Shown here: in pieces, positions 13,439-25,583 of the stretch | Layout of the letters: the number at the start of each line of letters is the position of its first letter | Numbering within the stretch: the first letter of the stretch is position 1 | Assembly: GCA_000165425.1 (NCBI GenBank) | Contig: CT868665.1 | Span: 248,001-312,000, forward strand | Origin: Paramecium tetraurelia | Taxonomy: Eukaryota | Direction of reading: 5' to 3' | Length of the DNA: 64,000 nt | Position numbers and translations under genes: made by a program | Notes under the pieces: generated by a model | The model's database searches: none | Seen by the model: only the letters and a program-made list of their open reading frames with translations | What the model was told of the DNA's origin: nothing

Positions 13439-14424
13439 TCATCTTCTAATGGCTAATAAGGCTAACGACATTATTGAAGAAAGCCCAAAAAATAATGAAT
13501 ATGCTTGATGTGTTTGTGGAGTAGGCAAAGGTTTATCAAAGTTGTCTTTAGTAGCAGGAATTGGATATAAGTTAGCCGATTCTTCATCATATTCTTGCAC
13601 CAATCTTTCAATGTATGCAGATGAACAATCTGTCTACAATATTAGCTTTCATCATCATACCAAATTGAATGATCTGTACAATCTTGACATAAACCACAAA
13701 TCAATATAATTGTACACTCCCTCTCTTGGCCAATTTCTACGTCCCTTCAAAATATCCTCCTCTTCTCCTCTTCTTACCATTCCTACAAATTCTACAAAGG
13801 GCATTTAATAATCCTCTTCCATATTTAATACATTTCTATTGAATCCTGTCAATTAATCGTCATCTTCATTATGAGGAACATTTTCATAGGTCTATTTTAT
13901 ATCTCAATTCGATTACTGTTGTTCCAATAGGCTCTTATCCCATTTGAATATCACTGATATTATCTTTTGGCACCCAACCTAAGTTAACCATCACTTGAGA
14001 TTTGGTAGTTTGTTCTGGATCTTATTCTGTGTCGTTGAATTATAAAGCTGTTACAAATGGAGCAAAAACTAAGAATCCATCTCTTCCTTCTCTTTCTCTT
14101 CTTACGAAAAACCTTTCATCCTAAGAAACATAGCAATTTAGTTTGTACTCTGAAATATCCATATAATTTCACTAATTTATACTCCCATTATCTTATATTG
14201 CGTGCCCATGGGTATCTATTAGCATTGAGACCATTGATTATTATTGGTTTCCATTCAGTAATCTCATTTTCTACTTTCTCGTATAATTATTTTTATTAAG
14301 CACCCTTCCATTGATGCCAAGCACAGCCATAAGCTCCTCCAAAGAAGACTCCGTAAGCCAACAACTTAATGATACCATTACTTTGTCTTTAAGCGAACGA
14401 GTTGAATACTTGTGTTGAAAGCAT
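13439..14424 (-). CDS. SURF1: SURF1/Shy1 cytochrome c oxidase assembly factor
   Basis: N-terminal TM followed by WHQW; WEYKLVKLYGYF; GFLVFAPF; VMVNLGWVPK; C-terminal THQAYSLFFGLS plus TM. Intron gtacaaactaaattgctatgtttcttag at ~14121-14148. Confidence 0.85.
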
Positions 14425-14573
14425 AAAAGATTAAAAATATTAATATAAAAATCAATAAATAAGCTTATTTATAATTCTTAAACGAAGTAAATTCATTTGA
14501 ATAAAGAAAAAGATAAATAATATATTAGAATAAATATTTCAGATTTCTGTTAATGCTAAAATTAATTGATTAA

Positions 14574-16044
14574 TCAAACAACTGTCTTTTCTAAATCATA
14601 AATTTCTTGCTCTTTTATTGTTTTCAAAATTGCTTTGTTTTGTAAGAGTTCTGGAATGCTCATTTTTTCTCCTCTTTCTGGTTTGATTTTGTCTTGCATT
14701 TATTATTATAATATTTTTTTATGTTCTACTTTTACTTTTTTAATTTAATCTTATTTATTTTATTCTTCTTAAAAGAATCTCTCTGTATCTTCCTTCCATA
14801 TTTTACCTTGAAGATCATCCAACTCTTTTTCTTATAATTTCTTTATTTATTTAAATTTAATTGATTATTCCAAGGATTAAATTGTCTTTTACTTTAATTC
14901 ATTTACTCTATTTTTCTTCTTCTACTCTTCTTCTAAAAACTTCTGATCTTCAATTTTTTTCCAATATTATAATTTATCATCATCCTCTTTTTCCAATTTA
15001 TATCTAAGCAACTATGATTCACTCCAAGCATTATTTTTATCTACCTTTTCCTTCTTTTTTCTATTTTCTTCAATTCTTCTTTGTTCTATTTAATCAAGTA
15101 ATTCTCCATATCTATTTATCAATATATTAATATCATTACTTCTCGCAATTTGCCTATTCTAATTTCTCTTACTCTTTTTATTTCTACTAAATAACCATTT
15201 TATCAGCTTCTGATTATTTCATTACCTTAAACATATAATCTCTTTTCTTTAATTTTATTCTATTTTCCTCATCAATCTGCTTTTATAACTCATTTTGATA
15301 TCTTTTGCTTATTTCCTACTTGTAATTACGTAATTCTCTATCTTCGCTATGCATTTTCTTTTTCTTATTATTTAATTAGACATCTCTCTCTGATTACAAT
15401 TGCAATAATTTATTTTTTACATTTGCCTATTTTTCATATTCTTACTCATTCTTCTTCTGTAATAATTCACTTTGAAATCTGTCATATTTTTCTTCTAAAT
15501 CCTTTTCCCTTTTCTTTCTGTCTTCTTTTATTTTCAACTACATATCCAACTCCTTCTTCATTTAGGCTTTCTTTTATAACAGCAATTCTTTTTTTCTTTC
15601 CTATTCCTTTTAGTACAGTTACGCATCAAATTTCATTAAAGCAGCCCATTCATCTTCCTTTAATTATGTAAGAATATTACATCCTGCCTATCTACATAGT
15701 AAACTGATTTAGGAGGTTTTTCAGAAGTTTCAGACACTTAATCATATGATTTTAAGAAAGTCCTTTAGAATGGTTGAACACGTTTAGTAAATGGTTCAAA
15801 TGTTTTTCTTTGCGAATCTGCCGGAGTCTTAGAAGGTAATGCAGATTCTCCATTTCCCAAAGTTGGGAAAAATTGTTATTGCGATTGAGATTAACCAAGT
15901 TTCGATCTTAATTTTGTTACAACCGAAGAATTAGCCCCCTCTTTAAGCAAAACCTTCTGAATAGATTGCTGTAATAGCTAATTTTTTTGGGCATCTGCTG
16001 ATCCATATTTTTATACAAACAAATTTACAATATCCTCTGTCATT
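14574..16044 (-). CDS. Hypothetical E/K/Q/R-rich coiled-coil protein
   Basis: MTEDIVNLFVQKYGSADAQK..., followed by long charged heptad-like stretches. 3' end approximate. Confidence 0.55.
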
Positions 16045-16734
16045 TATATTTTGATAAATTTACTCAAATATTATAAATATTAATTTTTGCAAATGAAAGA
16101 CTACCTTTTTTTGTTTTCCAACTATGAATATTTAAAGAAATTAGAAGATAATCATCAAAGCACCATAAGGTATTTAACTTCTAAAATTATAACATTCATA
16201 TTAATTAATCACAATATAGCAGAAGTGTTTTTAGTAATCAATTATTTTTCTGATTTTATTCTGGATTTAAAATGAACATGCCTTTAAATTAAAATGTTTG
16301 AGGGAATTTATCATATTTTTGAATTATAATATTTATGATGTAAAATATTAAGATTGAAATTTATCATCGATTATAAATAAAGATCTTTCAAATAAAATAT
16401 GTTAATTACATTTGTTAAATTGTATTTATTTTTAATTTAATACCTTGAAAACGCATTCTAAAGTAAGTTGAATTTATTGCAATATGCTGCTTCTTATAAT
16501 CACATTAAAATATCAGAATTACTAATCAATTTAATAATGGTTAAAAAGTAGACTTGGAATTTAATTATTTTTAGACCTTTCTTCATAAATGATTAATTTA
16601 TAGAAACAAAGACAGTCTATTTTTAATAGAATTCCTTATTTTTATAGATTACACTGATATTCTTAAGAAGAAAAAACTTAAATAATAGTCTTTAAATTAT
16701 TTTTTCATAATAATAAATAACAAATTACGAAGAG

Positions 16735-18144
16735 TCATTTTCTTTTGTTAATTTCGGTTCCCAACAGTTTTATCTAGTCTCTAAGCTACAAATTTTCTAT
16801 GAGGGTTTTCTATTTTTAAGAATTTTGATACTTCTAATACGTCTTGTATGTTAACTTTTTTTTTTAAATGTTGTATCATTTTTACGTCCTCCTTATCCAA
16901 TAGATCTTATTCTTATAAAGAGGGAATTTATTTTGATATTTAATGAGCAATCTGATTGATATAGTTTGTTTTCTATTCTAATTCATTCTACAGTTAAACT
17001 ATTCTAGCACATAAGCTGTCTTTTGTTTTTCTATTCTCCAATTCAAGTTCTTATACTCTTAATGAAAGAGATTCAACAACAATCCTTTCTTTTTTCGTTA
17101 AAGGAGCTTCAGGTGCTTTTTATCTGAATTATAATTCTCTTATGGCCAGAAGATCGTTAGTTAAGCATTTGTTCGATTCCTCTAGTGCAGATATTTACTT
17201 TTATTTTTAAAGACAATCGTCCTTCAATTATTCTGTTTCCTAATATTATGATATGTATGTTACATGAGAATATTTTTTTTCCAATATTTTAACCTAACTT
17301 TACATATCCTCATAATTAATTTGTGAATCTTTGTATTTTTATTCTAGAAGCGAATATTCTTGGAATTAAGATTACAATAATTTTTCTAGGTCCTTTGACT
17401 TATTTATTTTTTAATCCCGCTCTTGTTTAACATTTATTAATTCTTATGAAACCTTCTAATATTATGTAGTAATTTCATCAAATTTAATTTATAACTATAA
17501 TAAATGACAAAATATACATTGTTCCTTAATTATTCACTCTATCTTAAGGTTTTTTTGGTTGTTTCAAGTTATTCCTCTTTATTTTCATAGTTAGATGAAA
17601 GTTCACTTAATTTCTATATTTATTATATATTTATTACTTTCATCAAATCTTTGTTTTCTGAAATTTGGATATAAGCAGAGGCTAGTTCTCCTTCTAATCG
17701 AAATTTATCTTGCGCTATCACTCTTAATTCTTTTAGTTCTTGCTAAATATTGTGTAAATCATCCTTAAGCTATTGATTTTATAGTTTGTAAGTATTTAAC
17801 TCTTATGTAATTTTTGAGTTTTGTTAACTTGTTTCATCGATAATTTGTTATAATGCTGCACATTTTTAAACCATCCCTTCCAAAGAAAGGTTATTTTTCA
17901 TTTATTTGGAGTTTTGTAGTTTTTATTATTCTTCTTGTTAATTTTTCAATAGTTAAATTTCATTTGACAATGCTTTAATTTAGTGTTATTGATCTTTAGA
18001 CCTTTTATCCCAGCTTAGTAGTTCCTTCATTGGGATTGTAACCATTTTTTCTGCTGCGTTATTGTTTTACCCTTATACATTATTATTATTTTAATTTAGT
18101 TATTGAGTCTGTTTTTACTATGAGGATTGTTATTGTGATTGTTA

Positions 18145-18189
<45 letters not shown>

Positions 18190-19140
18190 GTATAGTTATT
18201 GTTATTGCAATTATAATTATTATTCTTATTGTAATTGCTATTTAATATCTTCTAATTATTGTGTAAGTGTTTAGCAACTCTCATTTTTATGGAGTAACTC
18301 CTACTAAAGCGTGGTTAATTCTAAAAGTTAATTTGAATTTATTTGTTGTAATTCTAGAATTTGTGCATTTAAGATTATTATATCATCTTGCAATTTTTTC
18401 ATTTTTCCTTCTTGAGTTTCAAATTGCTTCATGTATTATTATTCTTACTCTAAAATATATTAGTTTAATTCTTCGACTTTTTATTCAAAGGTGTTAGTTT
18501 ATTCCTTTTCATATAATGCTTTATTTAAATCATCAATTTCATTCTGCAATTATTTAACAATCTATTCCCATTCATTGTCTTTTTCTTATTTTGTCTATTC
18601 AATTTGAATATTAAGCTAGTCAATCTCGATTTTGTAATTTTTAAGATTAGCATCAATTTTTTCTTCTAAATCATTGAGCTTTTCATTTAATGAATCAATT
18701 TCGCTTTATTTACCATTAACAATCAATTAATAATCATCATTTATTTCATTTATTTTCTCCTTCTCAATCATCAATGAATCAGCAAGTGTTTTAATTTCAA
18801 TTTCATGTCTACTTTGAATTTCTTAAAGCTTTTGAAAAGCCTCATCACATTGAATGGTGACTTTCTTTAAATCTTCATTAAGTAGTATTATCTATTGCTC
18901 ATAAGATTCTATTTAAATCTGTGACTTTTGAATTTATTCATCGCAAGATTTTCTCTCCTTATGCAGTTCAATAAGTTCAGCTTCATAATTGGCAATATTG
19001 CTTTTTTATCTTGCAATTTCTTTTTCTAATGCAATTTGATTAGCTTGTAATTCATTAGCATCTTATAACAATTTACTTCGCTCCTCCTCCAGTTATTTGA
19101 TTGTCTGATCTTTTTAAGCCAATTCTTCTTGTAAATCCAT
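16735..19140 (-). CDS. Long coiled-coil protein with central poly-Gln tract
   Basis: MDLQEELAQKDQTIKQLEEERSKL...; ends GTEINKRK-TGA. Several probable short introns. Poly-Q at ~18060-18260. Confidence 0.6.
18125..18240 (-). repeat. (TTA/TTG)n trinucleotide microsatellite, i.e. poly-Gln encoded by TAA/CAA on the minus strand
   Basis: Direct run ttattattattattatt... at 18146-18190, lying in frame within the coiled-coil gene. Confidence 0.85.
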
Positions 19141-20079
19141 TAGTAATTTAATTATATTAATTTTATTGTTCCATATGGATGTAGTAATTTTATTTGATGA
19201 ATTTATGAGTCTTAGAAACAAGCCAAAACTATTATCCAGAAAGTATAAACAATTATTGAAAGTCAGATCTATTAAAATCTACTGATTTTTAAATGAAGTT
19301 GAGGTGGAATCATTAATTTGAAAAATACAAAATAGGATTAAAGACATCATAAATGATAGAGTAAAATGAAAATGTTACTACAGAAGTTATTTATTGAAAG
19401 GACATTTATTCAATGGAAACATAACTCTTATAATGATCTACTAAATGTCACATATAGAAGTATCAATTTATAATAATAACATGCCCAATTTATGCAAACT
19501 TTAATTAATTAAGTAAGCAATTTAAAAATTCTGAGATTTAGAGAAGCAGATAGAACTTTCTTTAAACGTAAGAGCCAAAAATGAACTAAAACTGAAGACC
19601 AAAAAAATATCTAATATATTTTCATGGAATACATCTCAATCTTCATTAGTTATCTCTTTTTATTCTGTTTAATAAAAAAAATAGTCAAATTTAAAGAGAA
19701 AAGCAACATTTAAAAAGGAGATTGAAATATAGAGTATCTTATCACACGGATCTATTGATATAAAATTGTGGACATAATTATTTCACATAAAAAATTTAGC
19801 CACACCTAGGAGTAAAACTGATTAATAAATTTTAATAGGTGTATTGAGCACTGGAGTAATCTGTCTATTTGGCTAACTTCATGATTTGGTTAGAACTTTC
19901 TTATAAATTGATATGCTATCCAAATTAATATTTTTTTTACCTATTCGAATGCAACAAGAGTAGTATCCATTAGAATCATATTATGTTTATAATTTTTTTT
20001 AATAAAGTTATTCTTTAAATGCAAATTTCTCTATGTTTTTTAATATATTAATAGTGTTTATATTTGTTCGTAGATTTTG

Positions 20080-21801
20080 ATGGCAGATTGCGGAGATTGC
20101 GGAGATTGCGGAGATTGTGGAGATTGTGGAGATTGTGGAGACATGTGTGGAGTTTGTGATGATTGTGGAGATTGCTCTCACATGTATGGAGACTGTAAGA
20201 ATTGTTGTTAAGACTGTTGTGATTGTAATAATTTAGATTGTGATTGTGATAATACAATTTGTAGAGGTTTCTGTTAATAGTTTTGTCAAAACCCAGTAGC
20301 CAATCATTCAAGAATAAGAAGGTTTTTATCATCATTGATTATTTTTGTATTGTTAATAGTATAATGGGTTACATCTGTTTCCAAAATATAAGAATATTAG
20401 TATAAAAAGGTTCAGATTATGAATTATTAGAATATGCTTAAAATAGGTCCAATCAATGACCTAATGTTATTGACTTAATGTCCTTCGAATACAGTATTGG
20501 TATCGAATTATATGATTCCTTCAACTGTGGCTGGATGTTATTGTCCAAATTAAAACTAGAGACTTTATTTGGAAATTTGCAATTCAACATAAACTGAATG
20601 TTCGATATTAAGTGCTTCAAATGAAATTTAAACTAGTAATTGGGGATATAATGAATCTATGGAAAGGTTTTAATTATGCGCTACAAGAACTAGCACCAGC
20701 CCTGAAAAACTTAGATAATTAAAAATAAAGGAGCCTAAAGACTGCAAAGCTAATGATTATAAGTTATGTCAAGATTTGAATAATGAGAAAAACTTTTTTT
20801 GTGTTGAGAAAACAGAAAAATGCCCAATAAAGGACATATAAAGAAGCAATGAGATTTTAAATAATTATGAAAAAATAGATTAAGCGTAAATAGTTGACAA
20901 TTAATATTTAATTGTTACTAGAAACTCATCCAATAATTATTTGATCAATTTTAATATCACAAGGGGATAAGGGATTTGTGAAGATAGGAGTTTATTATCA
21001 TTAGGCACAGGTGAAGATTATTACATGAATGCTTAATAATGGGAGGCTTGTAGTCTTGATCTTTCTTTTAATTAACTATTTACATTAAAATTTGAAGACT
21101 TTTTACAATTTAATGACTTAACAAATAAATTCGAATAGTCAAGACCTCTGTTTAATACTACATAAAATATTAAACTAGTTTACTAAAATTCTATTCCCAC
21201 TATGAATCTAATTAGTTTTTGCTCTCTTTTTGATGATATTGAATTTGCCATAAATTTGTTATCACTAATTGTTCTGATTAGTATATCATATTGGATATAC
21301 ATGATAATAATTATTATAAATGAGATATGCAGATGTATTTTTAAGGCAGCAGAGAAATGTGGTTAGAAATGCAAATAACACGTTACTGCCTTTTTATTTT
21401 ATTATGTTAGATTTTCAATTTAAATAACTTTAATAGTTCTTTCATTACTTGGATTTCTAGTTGTGATGTCAACTGATCGCACAACTAAAACAATTCAAGC
21501 AGAATATGTCAAGGATACGTTATCAGAGCAAATCCTAAATTTCAGTTCAAATATTTCAAACAGCATCTTAAATTAATATAAGTTATTATAAGGATTGGTG
21601 TTTGCATCGTTCCTGTTGGATAGTATCATAAGCATATGGGCTTATTATGAGGAACATAAAAGGAAGAAGTAGAAATAATATTAGCTTTATAATATAAATC
21701 AAATAGTTTCACCTTAATACCTTCAACAAACAAATTAAAGACCTAGCTAAGTTTAAACCTATAATGATGCAGTTACGAAGATTATTCGTAACATGAAGTG
21801 A
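20080..21801 (+). CDS. Membrane protein with N-terminal (CGD)6 Cys/Asp-rich domain, Cys-containing loop and C-terminal TM helices
   Basis: 1722 nt (574 codons) ATG to TGA: MADCGDCGDCGDCGDCGDCGDMCGVCDDCGDCSHMYGDCKNCCQDCCDCNNLDCDCDNTICRGFCQQFC, then TM LIIFVLLIVQWV, with further hydrophobic helices at ~21250-21640. Confidence 0.75.
20086..20142 (+). repeat. 9-bp tandem repeat (GATTGYGGA) x6 encoding Asp-Cys-Gly
   Basis: gattgcggagattgcggagattgcggagattgtggagattgtggagattgtggagac is visible directly. Confidence 0.9.
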
Positions 21802-21840
21802 ATAAATACTATATTTTTTAATTTAATTATAATTAATAAA

Positions 21841-22600
21841 ATGGAAGATAAGGTTAAATCAAGAAAACAAATCACTTTAAGTCAAACAATAAGAATGGAG
21901 TTGTCTCAATAACAAGAAGAATAGAAACCCGTTGAGGGACCTTAATTAATAAAACACAAACCATCCAGTTATGACGAAGAGACAGGATAATTGTATTCCT
22001 TCTGTGCGAGTACTGTAAATTAAACTCAACAATTTTTTCGAACATTTTCGGAGGAACATACATACCTCAATAATTAATTTAGTTTCACACATAAGTAAAA
22101 AGTCATAAAATATGTATTTGACAAAACAATGTTATGCCTGAATATGTAAGCAAAGAAATGAGAAAGACTCACTAAGAAATAGAATTAAATGAGTTGCTTC
22201 AAGTATAATATCGGACGATGCTGGTAGCTTAATTAGCTGATTGTAGAAATAGGATAGAAATCTATGCTTATTATTGGGGTGTTTTGATGGGCAGTCTTTG
22301 TATGTTACTGCCAATCTCAATCTGGAAGAAAGGGGTGATGGCAATCAGTGTACTTCATCTCTTTGGAAGTTATGTAAGCTAAGCAATTATATGCAGAGTG
22401 TTTGATAAATTATACTAGTTTTATATCTCCATTTCAAAGAAACAGAAAATATCACAGTGGGATAAATTAAACAATTATACTTCATAGGGATTTGGAAGAT
22501 GTAAAAGTATTTGCATATAGAGATTTATTAGAAAAGACTCAGAAAGTATTTGCGAGAAATAAGTAAATAATAATAATAATGAGTTTTAATTGTTATTATA
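21841..22600 (+). CDS. Hypothetical membrane protein (exon structure and 3' end unresolved)
   Basis: MEDKVKSRKQITLSQ... followed, in another frame, by AYYWGVLMGSLCMLLPISIWKKGVMAISVLHLFG. An intron is needed but could not be placed. Confidence 0.35.
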
Positions 22601-22918
22601 TAATTATGGATATAATTAAAAACTGCTTCAAAAAATGTGTGTATACTTTCAATAGTAACGAGTTCATCAATAGTGAAGAGGAGTGTATAAATGAGTGTAT
22701 AGAACAATACAAAAAAAGAATTAATATATGTTAAAATGTAAAACAAAAGAAATGAGTTATTTATTTAATAAATGAGTAAGGACTACAATATTCTACTCTA
22801 CACAAAAATCTATTAAAAGGCAAAATTAATGATTAGAAATAAAATTTATATAAGTTAGCAATACAGCATAATCCCACAATAACCATAATATTCAATTTTG
22901 AATATTCAAATTATATTA

Positions 22919-24279
22919 TCAAATTGCGATGTATTAAACTTTTACATAGTCTTTTGTTTTTATTTAGGTTAGCTTTGATTCTGTATCTTCTCTGTTGTCA
23001 CAAATGATCCTTAGTAATCTTAAATTTCTTGGTCTTAATTAAATTCAACGGTATGTTGTTTGGACTACAAAAATCCTTGTTTCTTTTGATAGACATTATA
23101 TTTTTGGATGTTTTTAAAGAACTCATGATTCAAACATTCAATAGCTGTAGGTCTCAACTTAGGATCTCTTGATAACATTCTTTGAACAAGATTCCTCAAT
23201 AATAAAAAAGCGTACTGTCAAATTAGCAGGCAATAATTATAGAGTTAAATGAGAGAAATCAATATTGCATTTTTTGTTGAGTTCCAAAACATAGGTAAAC
23301 CCAGATCCTGGAAAAACATCTCTGCCTGTTAGCAATTTGTAGAAGATTACTCCACAACTGAAGATATCACAAACCTTGTCATAAGTCTGATTACTATTTT
23401 GTAGGTTAACGACTTCTGGAGCCACAAAACCTGGAGTACCACATTTAGGATATCTGAATCTTTCTAGATGTTATTTTAATAATGTTACTCAAAGTACTGT
23501 AAGTAGCCAATCCAAAATCCACTATCTTAAGTCGAACTTGCCCGCCTTTTATTTCTAGTATGATGTTTTCTGGTTTAATATCTCTGTGCATGATGTTCTT
23601 AGAATGCATGTATTCTACTCCCTCCAATAAGGCCTCTAATATTTATTGATCTTCATACATGCATTATTGATTTTGTTTGTTCTAAGGGTAAAGGTTTGTG
23701 ATGTCCGAGAAACGATTATAAATTTTTACCTGACAATAGATCCATCACTATATAATAGCTGGTCTCTCCTTAATACACTTCCTTGACCTTAATAAAAGCA
23801 GAATGCTATAATTAATTATTGATTTCAATCTCCTGAAATTGCATTTCTTCCTTCTATACACATTTTGCAGCAAAGAATTCCCCACTATCAATTTCCTTCA
23901 CCAATAATACTTTTGAGGAACTTCCCTTTCCTAATGTTTGTAAAGGTATAAAAAAATCTTGAACTTTTGAAAAAAATAATCTTCCTGCCAAGATTTGTTT
24001 TAGTTTTTTAAGTAAATCACCTTGATGACTTGTAAATTCAAATCCCTTTATTGAAAACCCAATCAAAAGATTTTTAATAACATGCCATTGGATTACATTT
24101 GGAAAGCAGATTGAAAAATAAATAAATGGTTCATCTTCCTTGTATATGTGCACATATTCCTTCTTTAAAATCAATCGATATGGATCCTGCAATTTGATTT
24201 AGAGTATTGGATCAGTATCTAGAAATTAGAGTTGAGTTTACAGAACCATCTAATACACTTTTTCAAGACATGGAAGCAT
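22919..24279 (-). CDS. Ser/Thr protein kinase (CAMK-like) with N-terminal PH-like region; start approximate
   Basis: [35 protein letters not shown] and DIFSCGVI motifs are intact. Short introns near 23464-23488 and 24220-24242. Confidence 0.9.
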
Positions 24280-25097
24280 AATAATTTATTGATAATTTTA
24301 TTATTTTATGAACAAATCGTTTAAAATCTCATACTACTATTACATAGCCCTCTAAAACAATCCAAAATCCTCTCTTATGTTTTCACTTGAATACTCAATT
24401 TAAAAAGAAAACTTGCCATTTTCAAAGATGTCTAAGTCTTCACAATCATTCAATAATTCTATTAAGAAATTAAATAAGCCTCTACTCAGCTTAATTATCA
24501 TTACAAAATCCCATAAAAATAATACAAATTCTTCTCTTCTTTTAAAAGTTAACTTAATATATATATAACTCGATTTTCTAATATAATTTTAGAGAATAAT
24601 TTTAGATTTTACACATTTCTAATTAGAATTCTTTCAGAATTATTATCAAGATATTTAAAATTTAGAAAATTGTTGATTCTAAACAGAAAAACAAAACAAG
24701 AAAAGTTAAATGATTGTAATCAGATTCTGATATGAAGGAATTTCTTATATTACAATATTAGGAAAAATAAAACTATTGAAATAAACTTATGCTCGACTAA
24801 GTTAAGGGACATTTACAATAGGATAAGGTTAATTTGGTAGATGAAATGATAAATAAAGTGAAATAATAAGCTTAATTTATATTATGAGTACTTTCAGGAA
24901 TTAAATTGATAAGGGTGCGAACTATAAGGGATGATAAGCAAGGAATGAGTAACTATGATTTTGGAAAGAACATTGTATTATGAGAAAATGTTTATTAATT
25001 TTATTTAATTGAGTTGATTAAATTGAAATAGCAAAATAAGAAAGTAAATAGGAGTTCGTCATGAATTGGCATAGTTATTATATTGAATTTAAATTAA

Positions 25098-25468
25098 TCA
25101 AACTCTTCCTCCAATTTCCAATTGATTTTCTTATAATTTTTTGTTAATGAAATCTTATATTAGTTGTGTTCTCACTTGCAATCCATTATACCAGAAATAT
25201 CCAATTCCTGGGATGTAAATACAAAAAAAGATGACCATAAAGCAAATGACTGTGGCTTCAAAATTATTATGTATACCAGCCATACCTAAAGATTAAAAGT
25301 CACATTACACACAATCCAAATGAATATAATAACCATATATGTTAACATTATCAATCCAACAATGGCCAACCATTCCATTAAGGTTGTTTTTTACTCCTAG
25401 GATTCACTTTTGTTTTATGGGACATCATCATAATATCCATTTTGTTACTACAAGAATCCTTGTTACAT
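25098..25468 (-). CDS. Small hypothetical membrane protein (2-3 TM)
   Basis: MQQGFLQQQNGYYDDVP...EWLAIVGLIMLTYMVIIFIWIVYGWY...VICFMVIFFCIYIPGIGYFWY. 23-nt intron at ~25286-25308. Confidence 0.6.
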
Positions 25469-25583
25469 AATTTAATTATTTAAGATTCCATATTTTGCTG
25501 TGAATAAATTTCATTACTGTATGATGTAATATATAGAGGCAATTAATAATGAGGATTAATTTGTGCATATTATAATTTATCAA

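Noticed and set aside
13439..14424. First read as cytochrome c1
   Set aside because: There is no CxxCH haem motif; the motifs fit SURF1 (VNLGWVP, C-terminal H-x-x-Y plus TM).
19176..19600. Possible small plus-strand gene
   Set aside because: Early TGAs, and no intron placement gave a convincing ORF.
20048..20335. Supplied minus-strand ORF with His/Asn/Leu repeats (HNLHNLRNLRNL)
   Set aside because: It is the antisense shadow of the plus-strand (CGD)n gene, which is a complete 574-codon ORF in code 6.
24307..24985. Possible plus-strand coiled-coil gene
   Set aside because: Plausibly coding, but I could not resolve frame or introns, so it is not supported enough to list.
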